Program-made: the position numbers and the translations under genes
Source: a virus
Strand: one strand, 5' to 3'
IMG/VR virus record: IMGVR_UViG_3300043409_001462
Location: 109,385 to 173,384 of that record
Length of the DNA stretch: 64,000 nt
Shown here: positions 62,311 through 64,000 of the stretch, in pieces
Numbering within the stretch: position 1 is the first letter of the stretch
How the letters are laid out: the number at the start of each line of letters is the position of its first letter
The notes under the pieces: model-generated
The model's input: the letters and a program-made list of their open reading frames with translations, nothing else
Database searches by the model: none
What the model was told of the DNA's origin: nothing

Positions 62311-62957
62311 GAAAAATATTTGAACATGAGTTCTATACACCATTCAAATTAGAACGAGTTGTGATTGACGGAAAAAGACATTATGTGACACCAGAAGGTG
62401 GAAAATACAAGTCAGTCACAACCATTCTAGATGAGAAACTCGATAAATCTTCACTCATCGAATGGCGTAAGAAAGTTGGTGAAGAGGAAGCCAAACGAAT
62501 ATCAACTCAAGCTGCCAACCGTGGTACTGCTATTCATAACATTGCAGAACACTACCTCCTCAATAATGAATCGTATCCTACTGGTTCTATGCCAGCAAAC
62601 ATCGATACCTTCAAGAAGCTGCGTCCAGTCATTGATGAACATATCGGTAAGGTGTATGGGCTAGAGTACTACGTCTATTCAGATAGGCTCAAGACAGCTG
62701 GTGCTACGGACTGTATCGCAGAGTTTGATGGCGTCAACTCTATCATTGACTTCAAAACATCCAGAAAGCCGAAGAAGGAAGAGTGGATCGAAAGCTATTT
62801 CCTTCAGGCTACCTGCTACGCTATGATGGTTGAGGAGCGACTACCGCTAATCGTTCCTCAAATCGCTATTTTGATCGCTGTTGACCACGAAGAGCCTCAA
62901 GTATTTGTCAAGCCCAAGTCGCAATATGAAAAGCGAGTTCTTGAACTTTTCGCTTGA
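62307..62957 (+). CDS. PD-(D/E)XK (Cas4-like) exonuclease
   Basis: SVTTIL, RGTAIH, AGATD, IIDFKTS, YFLQATCY. Confidence 0.88.
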   Translation: MRKIFEHEFYTPFKLERVVIDGKRHYVTPEGGKYKSVTTILDEKLDKSSLIEWRKKVGEEEAKRISTQAANRGTAIHNIAEHYLLNNESYPTGSMPANIDTFKKLRPVIDEHIGKVYGLEYYVYSDRLKTAGATDCIAEFDGVNSIIDFKTSRKPKKEEWIESYFLQATCYAMMVEERLPLIVPQIAILIAVDHEEPQVFVKPKSQYEKRVLELFA

Positions 62958-62982
62958 CTTTTTCCTTTTTCTAGGGTAGAAT
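62954..62982 (+). promoter_or_regulatory. Early promoter
   Basis: TTGACT-17-TAGAAT. Confidence 0.7.
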
Positions 62983-63009
62983 ATAGGGTGACTAGAAAAG
63001 GAGGGTTGA

Positions 63010-63294
63010 ATGTCTAAGCTTTCTATACTTGTGAAACGCTACACTTCTACTTCTAAATCTAAAGCTTTCTCCGCCTACGACGAAATAGACGCCTCGAAAA
63101 AGTGGGCTGAATATAGTGTAGACGAATATAAAATTCGTGAGCTTATGAGAAACGTTGAATTTACTGAAAAATTTGAAGCCGAAAAAGCCCTATCTATAGT
63201 TCGGCGTAAAATAGAGTGGATGTATAAACACCGTAATTTTAACGTTTCTGAGGCGACTTCTAACTATAAAAAACTGAAACGTCTAGTTGCTTGA
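63010..63294 (+). CDS. Hypothetical early protein
   Basis: AGGAGG RBS. Confidence 0.75.
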   Translation: MSKLSILVKRYTSTSKSKAFSAYDEIDASKKWAEYSVDEYKIRELMRNVEFTEKFEAEKALSIVRRKIEWMYKHRNFNVSEATSNYKKLKRLVA

Positions 63295-63299
63295 ATATA

Positions 63300-63328
63300 A
63301 AGGGGAATCTTCGGGTTCCCCTTTTTTT
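63300..63328 (+). terminator. Rho-independent terminator
   Basis: GGGGAATC-TTCG-GGTTCCCC-T7. Confidence 0.9.
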
Positions 63329-63337
63329 GAAAAAAAG

Positions 63338-63414
63338 TATTGTCTAGCTACGATTTATGGTTGACTTCTTTTGAAAACAAGCGTATACTATGTGTATGGT
63401 TGGTTGAACAGGAG
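63338..63414 (+). repeat. Early promoter/RBS cassette, copy 1
   Basis: 77 nt, one mismatch versus copy 2; TTGACT-17-TATACT plus AGGAG. Confidence 0.9.
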
Positions 63415-63419
63415 GTTCT

Positions 63420-63611
63420 ATGATTCTTGAAGCTGTCTCTGGTACTGAAACTATCACACTTGGCCGTGACTTTACTTTTGAAACGGCGTACGAGTTTATA
63501 CTCGAGCAAGACAACGACGAGGAAAATCCTTGGTTTGAAGGCTACGACATTTTCCTTATTGACGGCGAAGACCAGTGGATCTTTGAATCGGATTGCTGGG
63601 TTCAAATTTGA
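63420..63611 (+). CDS. Acidic hypothetical early protein
   Basis: Follows cassette 1 RBS. Confidence 0.75.
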   Translation: MILEAVSGTETITLGRDFTFETAYEFILEQDNDEENPWFEGYDIFLIDGEDQWIFESDCWVQI

Positions 63612-63619
63612 AAATAATT

Positions 63620-63696
63620 TATTGTCTAGCTACGATTTATGGTTGACTTCTTTTGAAAACAGGCGTATACTATGTGTATGGTTGGTTGAACAGGAG
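63620..63696 (+). repeat. Early promoter/RBS cassette, copy 2
   Basis: Near-identical to 63338-63414. Confidence 0.9.
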
Positions 63697-63703
63697 AGCT
63701 AAA

Positions 63704-63877
63704 ATGGACTACACGAACTTAACAATAGGCGTTCAAATCGCTATTGCTAACCTTAAGGACCAGGCGATAAGCTTAGGTTTCGATTTTCCGACCCAGGATA
63801 TTACCAAGGTAGAGCCGAAAGAACTTTACGACTTCTACCTTGAACTAGAGAATTACGTTGAAACTAATTCAAAATAA
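63704..63877 (+). CDS. Hypothetical early protein
   Basis: ATG 63704 after cassette 2 RBS. Confidence 0.7.
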   Translation: MDYTNLTIGVQIAIANLKDQAISLGFDFPTQDITKVEPKELYDFYLELENYVETNSK

Positions 63878-63879
63878 TT

Positions 63880-63932
63880 TATTGTCTAGCTCCGATTTAG
63901 GGTTGACTTCTTTTGAAAACAAGCGTATACTA
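63880..63932 (+). repeat. Early promoter cassette, copy 3 (promoter part only)
   Basis: TATTGTCTAGCT.CGATTTA.GGTTGACTTCTTTTGAAAACAAGCGTATACTA. Confidence 0.85.
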
Positions 63933-64000
63933 ATAGCATGGTTGAGAAGGGGAATGGTCCCCGAAGTGAAAAAGGAAGAGGTTGTATAATGGCTACTCAG

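Noticed and set aside
62307-62957. Cas4 as part of a CRISPR system
   Set aside because: Stand-alone PD-(D/E)XK exonuclease next to phoH, common in T4-like phages; no Fe-S cysteine cluster and no cas operon

Overview
A 64 kb segment of a large T4-like (Tevenvirinae/'Kyanoviridae-like') myophage genome, almost all on the + strand. It has T4-type replication genes (gp43 polymerase, UvsX, gp41 helicase, gp61 primase, RNase H), nucleotide metabolism (nrdA, nrdB, thyX, glutaredoxin), phoH, TATAAATA late promoters and sigma70-type early promoters. Several signals point to an alphaproteobacterial host: tRNA-His with G1-U72/A73 and no G-1, DUF1127, an RpoH-like promoter plus ROSE thermometer on an ibpA-like gene, and a CHASE2 adenylate cyclase. 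There are 23 recognisable tRNA genes, 19 of them in the first 6 kb. The standout is at 2278-4327: a tandem array of six small RNA units directly upstream of a highly expressed DUF2828/vWA (putatively Ro60/TROVE-like) protein. Each unit is closed by a covarying 7-9 bp terminal stem, carries a conserved (G)TTC(A/C/G)GCA motif and is mostly followed by a GTTGAGTTT linker. Their payloads differ. Two are circularly permuted tRNA bodies (YrlA-type Y RNA architecture). Others are isolated anticodon stem-loops: Thr-UGU (18/19 identical to the phage's own tRNA-Thr arm) and Ser-UGA. This looks like a phage Ro60-like/Y-RNA-array system displaying tRNA parts. Other notable items: an unannotated ArfA-like ribosome-rescue peptide, a rare tRNA-Thr(AGU), tRNA-Leu genes without the long variable arm, a late curli secretion/FecR/CHASE2-cyclase module, a two-PP-loop-enzyme + signal-less DctP + DUF2061 cluster, a late pseudoknotted ncRNA candidate, and repeated early-promoter cassettes. 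All family assignments come from motif recognition by eye, not from database searches.
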